Source: Macrostomum lignano (lineage: Eukaryota). From it: a stretch of 64,000 nucleotides of DNA. The position numbers and the translations under genes were made by a program. Location: the NCBI GenBank assembly GCA_002269645.1, contig NIVC01000137.1:1-64000 (forward strand), given 5' to 3'. Below the pieces are notes generated by a model, which was not told where the DNA came from, ran no database searches, and saw nothing but the letters and a program-made list of their open reading frames with translations. Positions 32,595 through 45,500 of the stretch are shown piece after piece. The stretch's first letter is position 1, and each line of letters begins with the position of its first letter.

Positions 32595-33258
32595 GCCTGA
32601 CATTCATCTAAAGACCCTGACATTCATCTATAGACCCTGACATTCATCTATAGACCCTGACATCCATCTATAGACCCTGACTTCCATCTATAGATCCTGA
32701 CATCCATATATAGACCCTGACATCCATCTATAGACCCTGACTTCCATCTATAGATCCTGACATCCATCTATAGACCCTGACATCCATCTATAGACCCTGA
32801 CATCCATCTATAGACCCTGATATCCATCTATAGACCCTGACATCCATCTATAGACCCTGACATCCATCTATAGACCCTGACATCCATCTATAGACCCTGA
32901 TATCCATATATAGCCCCTGACATCCATATATAGACCCTGACATTCATCTATAGAACCTGACATCCATATATAGCCCCTGACATCCATATATAGACCCTGA
33001 CATTCATCTATAGAACCTGACATCCATATATAGCCCCTGACATCCATATATAGACCCTGACATTCATCTATAGACCCTGAAATCCATCTATAGACCCTGA
33101 AATCCATCTATAGACCCTGAAATCCATCTATAGACCCTGACATCCATCTATAGACCCTGACATCCATCTATAGACCCTGAAATCCATCTATAGACCCTGA
33201 CATCCATCTATAGACCCTGACATCCATCTATAGACCCGGAAATCCATCTATAGACCCC
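32595..33258. repeat. 20-bp minisatellite AGACCCTGACATCCATCTAT
   Basis: ~33 tandem units. Confidence 0.97.
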
Positions 33259-33774
33259 GGCACATGCCTGAAAATCCTGCAAGCCTCTTTAAAAAAGCCC
33301 TGTCCAACTCTTTCTTAGAAAATCGACCCTGTTTAACTTGGCACTTGTGGCAGTAATTCTGTCAGGAATTTTCCATTTCCCAACCCAGTTGCAGGACATG
33401 GCAACAAATGCTTGATGATTCGACAGTACAGGGTAATTCCAAATTCTCTTGTCTGCAGCACAGAATTGCAGTTTATTAAGGCTGCAATTAATCGCGCTGC
33501 ACCCTCAGCCATGCGCGGAGGCTGTCCCGGCCCCATTCTCCATAACTATGCAATATGACGTAGTTGTGTTGTTTCCTTCTTGAACCTTCCTTGTCAACAG
33601 TAACCTGCATACAGAGAACTTGTTTTCAGTAGAAAACTTCTCTGCTAACTGCCGAAACAACGTGCATGCGATACAATATAACTAGCCCTCAGGGACTTCT
33701 GAATAGGTTCCTGGACTGGAGGCCAGAATTCCATTTCAAAACTTCTATTAAAGGGACACTGGTGTAGCAATTGA

Positions 33775-34582
33775 GAAGTGCCATTTCATTTGAGGGAGTG
33801 CCATTGCATTTGAGGGAGTGCCATTTCATTCTAGGGAGTGCCATTTCATTTGATAGAGTGCCATTTCATTCGAGGGAGTACCATTTCATTTGATAGAGTG
33901 CCATTTCATTTGAGGGAGTGCCATTGCATTTGAGGGAGTGCCATTGCATTTGAGGGAGCGCCATTTCATTCGAGGGAGTGCCATTTCATTCTAGGGAGTG
34001 CCATTTCATTTGACAGAGTGCCATTTCATTCTAGGGAGTGCCATTTCATTCTAGGGAGTGCCATTTCATTTGATAGAGTGCCATTTCATTCGAGGGAGTA
34101 CCATTTCATTCGAGGGAGTACCATTTCATTTGAGAGAGTGCCATTTCATTCTAGGGAGTGCCATTTCATTTGAGGGAGTGCCATTTCATTTGAGAGAGTG
34201 CCATTTCATTCTAGGGAGTGCCATTTCATTTGAGGGAGTGCCATTTCATTTGAGGGAGTGCCATTTCATTCTAGGGAGTGCCATTTCATTTGAGGGAGTG
34301 CCATTGCATTTGAGGGAGTGCCATTGCATTTGAGGGAGCGCCATTTCATTCGAGGGAGTGCCATTTCATTTGATAGAGTGCCATTTCATTTGACAGAGTG
34401 CCATTTCATTCTAGGGAGTGCCATTTCATTTGATAGAGTGCCATTTCATTCGAGGGAGTACCATTTCATTTGATAGAGTGCCATTTCATTCTAGGGAGTG
34501 CCATTTCATTTGAGGGAGTGCCATTTCATTTGAGGGAGTGCCATTTCATTCGAGGGAGTGCCATTTCATTTGAGGGAGTACC
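33775..34582. repeat. 20-bp minisatellite GAGGGAGTGCCATTTCATTT
   Basis: ~40 tandem units in constant phase. Confidence 0.97.
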
Positions 34583-35019
34583 AGATCCATTGCTACTGTT
34601 CAGGAGGTCCTTGGCACCAATAGCTATGCATATATATTATGTACCTCACTGCAAGTCCTCTACAGCCTCCTTGTTTCCGGTCTGTAACCCAATCTGTTAG
34701 CAACTGTTACTTCTCGCATAAGCGCGCATAATTCTCATGCATAATATCAGTAATATGCGCCTCGTAAAAAATGAGCCCCCCCCCTTCATTCAGCAATTTC
34801 AAGTTTTGTGCAGTCAAGGCGATCTCTGCTTCTTGTCAGGCAATAAAACTGGGTCAATTGTATCAATGCGAGCGGACTGAACTGTTCTGCCATAATAACT
34901 GGTGTAGCAAGCATGGCTTCGCCGAAAAGCAAATTAATTGTTTAACAGCTGTTTTTTCTATTATTGACTGGAATTACTGCTGCAGAACTGGATGAAATTC
35001 ATGATTTTGAGGGTGTAGC

Positions 35020-36325
35020 TGATTTTGGGGTGTCAGGAGCCGCTGATTTGGGTGTCAGGAGTCGCTGATTTTGGTGTCAGGAGTCGCTGATTTTGGTGTC
35101 AGGAGTCGCTGATTTTGGGGTGTCAGGAGTCGCTTCTTTTGATGTCAGAAGTCGCTGATTTTGGGGTGTCAGGAGTCGCTGATTTGGGTGTCAGTAGTCG
35201 CTTATTTTGGTGTCAGAAGTCGCTGATTTTGGGGTGTCAGAAGTCGCTGATTTTGGGGTGTCAGAAGTCGCTGATTTTGGGGTGTCAGGAGTCGCTGATT
35301 TTGGGGTGTCAGGAGTCGCTGATTTGGGTGTCAGGAGTCGCTGATTTTTGTGTCAGGAGTCGCTGATTTTGGGGTGTCAGGAGTCGCTGATTTGGGTGTC
35401 AGAAGTCGCTGATTTTGGGGTGTCAGAAGTCGCTGATTTTGGGGTGTCAGGAGTCGCTGATTTTGGGGTGTCAGGAGTCGCTGATTTGGGTGTCAGGAGT
35501 GGCTGATTTTGGTGTCAGGAGTCGCTGACTTTGGGGTGTCAGGAGCCGCTGATTTGGGTGTCAGGAGTCGCTTATTTTGATGTCAGAAGTCGCTGATTTT
35601 GGGGTGTCAGGAGTCGCTGATTTAGCTGTCAGGAGTCGCTGATTTAGATGTCAGAAGTCGCTGATTTTGGGGTGTCAGGAGTCGCTGATTTGGGTGTCAG
35701 TAGTCGCTTATTTTGGTGTCAGAAGTCGCTGATTTTGGGGTGTCAGAAGTCGCTGATTTTGGGGTGTCAGGAGTCGCTGATTTTTGTGTCAGGAGTCGCT
35801 GATTTGGGTGTCAGTAGTCGCTTATTTTGGTGTCAGAAGTCGCTGATTTTGGGGTGTCAGAAGTCGCTGATTTGGGTGTCAGGAGTCGCTGATTTTTGTG
35901 TCAGGAGTCGCTGATTTTGGGGTGTCAGGAGTCGCTGATTTGGGTGTCAGAAGTCGCTGATTTTGGGGTGTCAGAAGTCGCTGATTTTGGGATGTCAGGA
36001 GTCGCTGATTTTGGGGTGTCAGGAGTCGCTGATTTGGGTGTCAGGAGTGGCTGATTTTGGTGTCAGGAGTCGCTGACTTTGGGGTGTCAGGAGCCGCTGA
36101 TTTGGGTGTCAGGAGTCGCTTCTTTTGATGTCAGAAGTCGCTGATTTTGGGGTGTCAGGAGTCGCTGATTTAGCTGTCAGGAGTCGCTGATTTAGATGTC
36201 AGGAGTCGCTGATTTAGCTGTCAGGAGTCGCTGATTTAGCTGTCAGGAGTCGCTGATTTAGCTGTCAGGAGTCGCTGATTTAGCTGTCAGGGGTCGCTGA
36301 TTTAGCTGTCAGGAGTCGCTGATTC
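35020..36325. repeat. 22-24-bp minisatellite TGTCAGGAGTCGCTGATTT(T)GGG(G)
   Basis: Tandem units with variable T/G run lengths. Confidence 0.97.
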
Positions 36326-36957
36326 TGAGGCTTCAAAGCGCTCAACCTGCTGCCATGAGAGCCAGGATTTCATCTAGAAATCCCACGGACATGCGTGAAC
36401 ACCATAATCCCCCCAGAGAAAAGAATTTGAAGCACCCGGTAGTGACAGTGCAACCCCAATTGAAGTTCCGAAGCCCCCTAAATAAGTGCTTTCTTGTGTT
36501 ATCGAAGATGCCGCATCTGATCCCAGATCTTCATCGCTCTTGATTCAGCCTCATCCTGCTGCGGGGGGGTAGTTTAATGCCTCCATGATGAGGCAGCCTG
36601 CATCCCGTCAGACCTGTAAGGGTGAGGCTTAAGGATTACCCAAACCCCAGGTGCAGAAGATAGATGATGAAGCCCGATAAAAAAAGGTGGTTTGCTGAAC
36701 CCCCACCCCTCCGGAACGAGTTGATTAGAGTAAAAATCGTGAGGGCCCGTGTTAGTTAGCAGGAATCCTTTGATTTCTTAGGTGTTTGTAGCAACTTTTT
36801 TATGATGCAGCAGGTCCTTACAAGCAATGGCTTCTTTGTGCCGAAATCGCGTATATGTTTTACCTGATATGGACGTGTGTAAAGCCATGGACTGCACAAA
36901 TACATGAATGTAATACCGTATGCCGGTATAAAAAAATTCAATCTAATACTAATCCGA

Positions 36958-38700
36958 CAGGGGGCACCCACCAAGAGACAGGAGGCGCCCGCCAAGAGAC
37001 AGGGGGCGCCCACCAAGAGACAAGGGCGCCAACCAAAAGACAGGGGCGCCAACCAAGAGACAGGGGCGCCAACCAAGAGACAGGGGCGCCCACCAAGAGA
37101 CAGGGGCGCCCACCAAGAGACAGGAGCGCCCATCAAGAGACAGGGGCGCCCACCAAGAGACAGGAGCGCCCACCAAGAGACAGGGGCGCCCACAAAGAGA
37201 CAGGAGCGCCCATCAAGAGACAGGGGCGCCCACCAAGAGACAGGAGCGCCCACCAAGAGACAGGAGCGCCAACCAAGAGACAGGGGCGCCCACCAAGAGA
37301 CAGGGGCGCCCACCAAGAGACAGGAGCGCCCATCAAGAGACAGGGGCGCCCACCAAGAGACAGGAGCGCCCATCAAGAGACAGGGGCGCCCACCAAGAGA
37401 CAGGGGCGCCCACAAAGAGACAGGAGCGCCCATCAAGAGACAGGGGCGCCCACCAAGAGACAGGAGCGCCCACCAAGAGACAGGAGCGCCAACCAAGAGA
37501 CAGGGGCGCCCACCAAGAGACAGGGGCGCCCACCAAGAGACAGGAGCGCCCATCAAGAGACAGGGGCGCCCACCAAGAGACAGGAGCGCCCATCAAGAGA
37601 CAGGGGCGCCCACCAAGAGACAGGAGCGCCCACCAAGAGACAGGAGCGCCCATCAAGAGACAGGGGCGCCCACCAAGAGACAGGAGCGCCCACCAAGAGA
37701 CAGGGGCGCCCACAAAGAGACAGGAGCGCCCATCAAGAGACAGGGGCGCCCACCAAGAGACAGGAGCGCCCACCAAGAGACAGGAGCGCCAACCAAGAGA
37801 CAGGGGCGCCCACCAAGAGACAGGGGCGCCCACCAAGAGACAGGAGCGCCCATCAAAAGACAGGGGCGCCAACCAAGAGACAGGGGCGCCAACCAAGAGA
37901 CAGGGGCGCCCACCAAGAGACAGGGGCGCCCACCAAGAGACAGGAGCGCCCATCAAGAGACAGGGGCGCCCACCAAGAGACAGGAGCGCCCACCAAGAGA
38001 CAGGGGCGCCCACAAAGAGACAGGAGCGCCCATCAAGAGACAGGGGCGCCCACCAAGAGACAGGAGCGCCCACCAAGAGACAGGAGCGCCAACCAAGAGA
38101 CAGGGGCGCCCACCAAGAGACAGGGGCGCCCACCAAGAGACAGGAGCGCCCATCAAGAGACAGGGGCGCCCACCAAGAGACAGGAGCGCCCATCAAGAGA
38201 CAGGGGCGCCCACCAAGAGACAGGAGCGCCCACCAAGAGACAGGAGCGCCAACCAAGAGACAGGGGCGCCCACCAAGAGACAGGAGCGCCCATCAAGAGA
38301 CAGGGGCGCCCACCAAGAGACAGGGGCGCCCACCAAGAGACAGGAGCGCCCATCAAGAGACAGGGGCGCCCACCAAGAGACAGGGGCGCCAACCAAGAGA
38401 CAGGGGCGATAACCAAAAGACAGGGGCGCCCACCAAGAGACAGGGGCGCCAAAAAAGAGACAGGGGCGATAACCAAAAGACAGGGGCGCCCACCAAGAGA
38501 CAGGGGCGCCAAAAAAGAGACAGGGGCGCCAAAAAAGAGACAGGGGCGCTCACCAAGAGACAGGGTCGCTCACCAAGAGACAGGGGCGCCCACCAAGAGA
38601 CAGGGGCGCTCACCAAGAGACAGGGGCGCCAAAAAAGAGACAGGGGCGCCCACCAAGAGACAGGGGCGCCAACCAAGAGACAGGTGCGCCAACCAAGAGA
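36958..38700. repeat. 20-bp minisatellite CAGGGGCGCCCACCAAGAGA
   Basis: ~87 units in constant 20-bp phase. Confidence 0.98.
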
Positions 38701-39520
38701 CGGGCTGCGCCAGCAAAAAGACAACAAAAATAGGCGCCCTCTAAATTTCGGGCCTGTGCACATACGAGGGCCAAAGCACAGATAATATAAGCACAAATAA
38801 AATAAAATGTACATGAGTGCTCAGGCGTCAGTTGAATCCGCCCGACTCCTCACTGGCTTGTTTGAAATCGGACCTCCTTATTAATTAAAACAAAAGTTAT
38901 TCCTCAATCCAAGCGTCAGTTCCATTTCTAGTACTCCTCGTCCACAATAAATTTCTGTTTTCATCATCTTTCTAACCCCGAACGAACTCCCGTGCTGTTT
39001 CACAAATCGAATCTGTAAGTCAACTGAAGCGGATGAAAGGGGGCCTGTATTCGCTAAATAACACTCGGGCGCCTTCTTCCACTTTTATCTGGGCTGGTAA
39101 ATCAGCAGATTGAAGCGAGTCTGACTAACCAACCAAGAAGCTCGCTTGCGGTTGAAGAGAAACGTCTGTTTAGCAACCTGCGTGTTCGCGTGTGTGGCCT
39201 TCTGCGCAAGCGAGTATTGATCAGGATTCGTTATACTTCACTCTGATCGTAGGAGGCTGGGGTAGCGCGAAATCAGCACGATGATGATGACTTTATCAGG
39301 CTCTGGGATCTGTTCTCGCGCTCCTGACAAGCAGATATTGTTTCCGGGGAAAATCATTTTAGCTGGTCTTTGATCGGGCAGTTTGTTAAGATAATGATTG
39401 CTTTCAGCCTTTGCCGCAGCCGCAGCCTCAGTCTTCCGCACCTCTGCATCCCGGCTGTAATTAATCTGCTGCAGTTCTTGTCGAGTTGCCAAGCTTCAGG
39501 CGCAATTGCGTTTGGTGCTG

Positions 39521-42500
39521 GTCTGTCTCAGTGTCTGTCTCAGTGTCTGTCTCAGTGCCTGTCTCAGTGTCTGTCTCAGTGTCTGTCTCAGTGTCTGTCT
39601 CAGTGTCTGTCTCAGTGTCTGTCTCAGTGTCTGTCTCAGTGTCTGTCTCAGTGTCTGTCTCAGTGTCTGTCTCAGTGTCTGTCTCAGTGTCTGTCTCAGT
39701 GTCTGTCTCAGTGTCTGTCTCAGTGTCTGTCTCAGTGTCTGTCTCAGTGTCTGTCTCAGTGTCTGTCTCAGTGTCTGTCTCAGTGTCTGTCTCAGTGTCT
39801 GTCTCAGTGTCTGTCTCAGTGTCTGTCTCAGTGTCTGTCTCAGTGTCTGTCTCAGTGTCTGTCTCAGAGTCTGTCTCAGTGTCTGTCTTAGTGCCTGTCT
39901 CAGTGTCTGTCGTAGTGTCTGTCGTAGTGTCTGTCTCAGTGTCTGTCTCAGTGTCTGTCTCAGTGTCTGTCTCAGTGTCTGTCTCAGTGTCTGTCTCAGT
40001 TTCTGTCTCAGTGTCTGTCTCAGTGTCTGTCTCAGTGTCTGTCTCAGTGTCTGTCTCAGTGTCTGTCTCAGTGTCTGTCTCAGTGTCTGTCTCAGTGTCT
40101 GTCTCAGTGTCTGTCTCAGTGTCTGTCTTAGTGTCTGTCTCAGTGTCTATCTCAGTGTCTGTCTCAGTGTCTGTCTCAGTGTCTGTCTCAGTTTCTGTCT
40201 CAGTGTCTGTCTCAGTGTCTGTCTCAGTGTCTGTCTCAGTGTCTGTCTCAGTGTCTGTCTCAGTGTCTGTCTCAGTGTCTGTCTCAGTGTCTGTCTCAGT
40301 GTCTGTCTCAGTGTCTGTCTCAGTGTCTGTCTCAGTGTCTGTCTTAGTGTCTGTCTCAGTGTCTGTCTCAGTGTCTATCTCAGTGTCTGTCTCAGTGTCT
40401 GTCTCAGTGTCTGTCTCAGTGTCTGTCTCAGTGTCTGTCTCAGTGTCTGTCTCAGTGTCTGTCTCAGTGTCTGTCTCTGTGTCTGTCTCAGTGTCTGTCT
40501 CAGTGTCTGTCTCAGTGTCTGTCTCAGTGTCTGTCTCAGTGTCTGTCTCAGTGTCTGTCTCAGTGTCTGTCTCAGTGTCTGTCTCAGTGTCTGTCTCAGT
40601 GTCTGTCTCAGTGTCTGTCTCAGTGTCTGTCTCAGTGTCTGTCTCAGTTTCTGTCTCAGTGTCTGTCTCAGTGCCTGTCTCAGTGTCTGTCTCAGTGTCT
40701 GTCTCAGTGTCTGTCTCAGTGTCTGTCTCAGTGTCTGTCTCAGTGTCTGTCTCAGTGTCTGTCTCAGTTTCTGTCTCAGTGTCTGTCTCAGTGTCTGTCT
40801 CAGTGTCTGTCTCAGTGTCTGTCTCAGTGTCTGTCTTAGTGTCTGTCTCAGTGTCTGTCTCAGTGTCTGTCTCAGTGTCTGTCTCAGTGTCTGTCTCAGT
40901 GTCTGTCTCAGTGTCTGTCTCAGAGTCTGTCTCAGTGTCTGTCTCAGTGTCTGTCTCAGTGTCTGTCTCAGTGTCTGTCTCAGTGTCTGTCTCAGTGTCT
41001 GTCTCAGTGTCTGTCTCAGTGTCTGTCTCAGTGTCTGTCTCAGTGTCTGTCTCAGTGTCTGTCTCAGAGTCTGTCTCAGTGTCTGTCTTAGTGCCTGTCT
41101 CAGTGTCTGTCTGAGTGTCTGTCGTAGTGTCTGTCTCAGTGTCTGTCTCAGTGTCTGTCTCAGTGTCTATCTCAGTGTCTGTCTCAGTGTCTGTCTCAGT
41201 GTCTGTCTCAGTGTCTGTCTCAGTGTCTGTCTCAGTGTCTGTCTCTGTGTCTGTCTCAGTGTCTGTCTCAGTGTCTGTCTCAGTGTCTATCTCAGTGTCT
41301 GTCTCAGTGTCTGTCTCAGTGTCTGTCTCAGTGTCTGTCTCAGTGTCTGTCTCAGTGTCTGTCTCAGTGTCTGTCTCAGTGTCTGTCTCAGTGTCTGTCT
41401 CAGTGTCTGTCTCAGTGTCTGTCTCAGTGTCTGTCTCAGTGTCTGTCTCAGTGTCTGTCTCAGTGTCTGTCTCAGTGTCTGTCTCAGTGTCTGTCTCAGT
41501 GTCTGTCTCAGTGTCTGTCTCAGTGTCTGTCTCAGTGTCTGTCTCAGTGTCTGTCTCAGTGTCTGTCTCAGTGTCTGTCTCAGTGTCTGTCTCAGTGTCT
41601 GTCTCAGTGTCTGTCTCAGTGTCTGTCTCAGTGTCTGTCTCAGTGTCTGTCTCAGTGTCTGTCTCAGAGTCTGTCTCAGTGTCTGTCTTAGTGCCTGTCT
41701 CAGTGTCTGTCTAGTGTCTGTCGTAGTGTCTGTCTCAGTGTCTGTCTCAGTGTCTGTCTCAGTGTCTGTCTCAGTGTCTGTCTCAGTGTCTGTCTCAGTT
41801 TCTGTCTCAGTGTCTGTCTCAGTGTCTGTCTCAGTGTCTGTCTCAGTGTCTGTCTCAGTGTCTGTCTCAGTGTCTGTCTCAGTGTCTGTCTCAGTGTCTG
41901 TCTCAGTGTCTGTCTCAGTGTCTGTCTTAGTGTCTGTCTCAGTGTCTATCTCAGTGTCTGTCTCAGTGTCTGTCTCAGTGTCTGTCTCAGTTTCTGTCTC
42001 AGTGTCTGTCTCAGTGTCTGTCTCAGTGTCTGTCTCAGTGTCTGTCTCAGTGTCTGTCTCAGTGTCTGTCTCAGTGTCTGTCTCAGTGTCTGTCTCAGTG
42101 TCTGTCTCAGTGTCTGTCTCAGTGTCTATCTCAGTGTCTGTCTTAGTGTCTGTCTCAGTGTCTGTCTCAGTGTCTATCTCAGTGTCTGTCTCAGTGTCTG
42201 TCTCAGTGTCTGTCTCAGTGTCTATCTCAGTGTCTGTCTCAGTGTCTGTCTCAGTGTCTGTCTCAGTGTCTGTCTCTGTGTCTGTCTCAGTGTCTGTCTC
42301 AGTGTCTGTCTCAGTGTCTGTCTCAGTGTCTGTCTCAGTGTCTGTCTCAGTGTCTGTCTCAGTGTCTGTCTCAGTGTCTGTCTCAGTGTCTGTCTCAGTG
42401 TCTGTCTCAGTGTCTGTCTCAGTGTCTGTCTCAGTTTCTGTCTCAGTGTCTGTCTCAGTGCTGTCTCAGTGTCTGTCTCAGTGTCTGTCTCAGTGTCTGT

Positions 42501-45500
42501 CTCAGTGTCTGTCTCAGTGTCTGTCTCAGTGTCTGTCTCAGTGTCTGTCTCAGTGTCTGTCTCTGTGTCTGTCTCAGTGTCTGTCTCAGTGTCTGTCTCA
42601 GTGTCTGTCTCAGTGTCTGTCTCAGTGTCTGTCTTAGTGTCTGTCTCAGTGTCTGTCTCAGTGTCTGTCTCAGTGTCTGTCTCAGTGTCTGTCTCAGTGT
42701 CTGTCTCAGTGTCTGTCTCAGAGTCTGTCTCAGTGTCTGTCTCAGTGTCTGTCTCAGTGTCTGTCTCAGTGTCTGTCTCAGTGTCTGTCTCAGTGTCTGT
42801 CTCAGTGTCTGTCTCAGTGTCTGTCTCAGTGTCTGTCTCAGTGTCTGTCTCAGAGTCTGTCTCAGTGTCTGTCTTAGTGCCTGTCTCAGTGTCTGTCTGA
42901 GTGTCTGTCGTAGTGTCTGTCTCAGTGTCTGTCTCAGTGTCTGTCTCAGTGTCTATCTCAGTGTCTGTCTCAGTGTCTGTCTCAGTGTCTGTCTCAGTGT
43001 CTGTCTCAGTGTCTGTCTCAGTGTCTGTCTCTGTGTCTGTCTCAGTGTCTGTCTCAGTGTCTGTCTCAGTGTCTGTCTCAGTGTCTGTCTCAGTGTCTAT
43101 CTCAGTGTCTGTCTCAGTGTCTGTCTCAGTTTCTGTCTCAGTGTCTATCTCAGTGTCTGTCTCAGTGTCTGTCTCAGTGTCTGTCTCAGTGTCTGTCTCA
43201 GTGTCTGTCTCAGTGTCTGTCTCAGTGTCTGTCTCAGTGTCTGTCTCAGTGTCTGTCTCAGTGTCTGTCTCAGTGTCTATCTCAGTGTCTGTCTCAGTGT
43301 CTGTCTCAGTGTCTGTCTCAGAGTCTGTCTCAGTGTCTGTCTCAGTGTCTGTCTCAGTGCCTGTCTCAGTGTCTGTCGTAGTGTCTGTCTCAGTGTTTGT
43401 CTCAGTGTCTGTCTCAGTGTCTGTCTCAGTGTCTGTCTCAGTGTCTGTCTCAGTGTCTGTCTCAGTGCCTGTCTCAGTGTCTGTCTCTGTGTCTGTCTCA
43501 GTGTCTGTCTCAGTGTCTGTCTCAGTGTCTGTCTTAGTGTCTGTCTCAGTGTCTGTCTCAGTGTCTGTCTCAGTGTCTGTCTCAGTGTCTGTCTCAGTGT
43601 CTGTCTCAGTGTCTGTCTCAGTGTCTGTCGTAGTGTCTGTCTTAGTGTCTGTCTCAGTGTCTGTCTCAGTGTCTGTCTCAGTGTCTGTCTCAGTGCCTGT
43701 CTCAGTGTTTGTCTCAGTGTCTGTCTCAGTGTCTGTCTCAGTGTCTGTCTCAGTTTCTGTCTCAGTGTCTGTCTCAGTGTCTGTCTCATTGTCTGTCTCA
43801 GTGTCTGTCTCAGTGTCTGTCTTAGTTTCTGTCGTAGTGTCTGTCTTAGTGTCTGTCTCAGTGTCTGTCTCAGTGTCTGTCTCAGTGCCTGTCTCAGTGT
43901 CTGTCTCAGTGTCTGTCTCAGTGTCTATCTCAGAGTCTGTCTCAGTGTCTGTCTTAGTGTCTGTCTCAGTGTCTGTCTCAGTGTCTGTCTCAGTGTCTGT
44001 CTCAGTGTCTGTCTCAGTGTCTGTCTCAGTGTCTGTCTCAGTGTCTGTCTCAGTGTCTGTCTCAGTGTCTGTCTCAGTGTCTGTCTCAGTGTCTGTCTCA
44101 GTGTCTGTCTCAGTGTCTGTCTCAGTGTCTGTCTCAGTGTCTGTCTCAGTGTCTGTCTTAGTGTCTGTCTCAGTGTCTGTCTCAGTGTCTGTCTCAGTGT
44201 CTGTCTCAGTGTCTGTCTCAGTGTCTGTCTCAGTGCCTGTCTCAGTGTCTGTCGTAGTGTCTGTCTCAGTGTCTGTCTCAGTGTCTGTCTCAGTGTCTGT
44301 CTCAGTGTCTGTCTCAGTGTCTGTCTCAGTGTCTGTCTCAGTGCCTGTCTCAGTGTCTGTCTCAGTGTCTGTCTCAGTGTCTGTCTCAGTGTCTGTCTCA
44401 GTGTCTGTCTCAGTGTCTGTCTCAGTGTCTGTCTCAGTTCTGTCTCAGTGTCTGTCTCAGTGCCTGTCTCAGTGTCTGTCTCAGTGTCTGTCTCAGTGTC
44501 TGTCTCAGTGTCTGTCTCAGTGTCTGTCTCAGTGTCTGTCTCAGTGTCTGTCTCAGTTCTGTCTCAGTGTCTGTCTCAGTGTCTGTCTCAGTGTCTGTCT
44601 CAGTGTCTGTCTCAGTGTCTGTCTCAGTGTCTGTCTCAGTGTCTGTCTCAGTGTCTGTCTCAGTGTCTGTCTCAGTGTCTGTCTCAGTGTCTGTCTCAGT
44701 GTCTGTCTCAGTGTCTGTCTCAGTGTCTGTCTCAGTGTCTGTCTCAGTGTCTGTCTCAGTGTCTGTCTCAGTGTCTGTCTCAGTGTCTGTCTCAGTGTCT
44801 GTCTCAGTGTCTGTCTCAGTGTCTGTCTCAGTGTCTGTCTCAGTGTCTGTCTCAGAGTCTGTCTCAGTGTCTGTCTTAGTGCCTGTCTCAGTGTCTGTCT
44901 GAGTGTCTGTCTCAGTGTCTGTCTCAGTGTCTGTCTCAGTGTCTGTCTCAGTGTCTGTCTCAGTGTCTGTCTCAGTGTCTGTCTCAGTGTCTGTCTCAGT
45001 GTCTGTCTCAGTGTCTGTCTCAGTGTCTGTCTCAGTGTCTGTCTCAGTGTCTGTCTCAGTGTCTGTCTCAGTGTCTGTCTCAGTGTCTGTCTCAGTGTCT
45101 GTCTCAGTGTCTGTCTCAGTGTCTGTCTCAGTGTCTGTCTCAGTGTCTGTCTCAGTGTCTGTCTCAGTGTCTGTCTCAGTGTCTGTCTCAGTGTCTGTCT
45201 CAGTGTCTGTCTCAGTGTCTGTCTCAGTGTCTGTCTCAGTGTCTGTCTCAGTGTCTGTCTCAGTGTCTGTCTCAGTGTCTGTCTCAGTGTCTGTCTCAGT
45301 GTCTGTCTCAGTGTCTGTCTCAGTGTCTGTCTCAGTGTCTGTCTCAGTGTCTGTCTCAGTGTCTGTCTCAGTGTCTGTCTCAGTGTCTGTCTCAGTGTCT
45401 GTCTCAGTGTCTGTCTCAGTGTCTGTCTCAGTGTCTGTCTCAGTGTCTGTCTCAGTGTCTGTCTCAGTGTCTGTCTCAGTGCCTGTCTCAGTGTCTGTCG

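Noticed and set aside
36756-38814. 500-630 aa repetitive ORFs (also 55320-56362, 58578-59173, 61881-62804, 63074-63763)
   Set aside because: Minisatellite translations on both strands with no non-repetitive domain.
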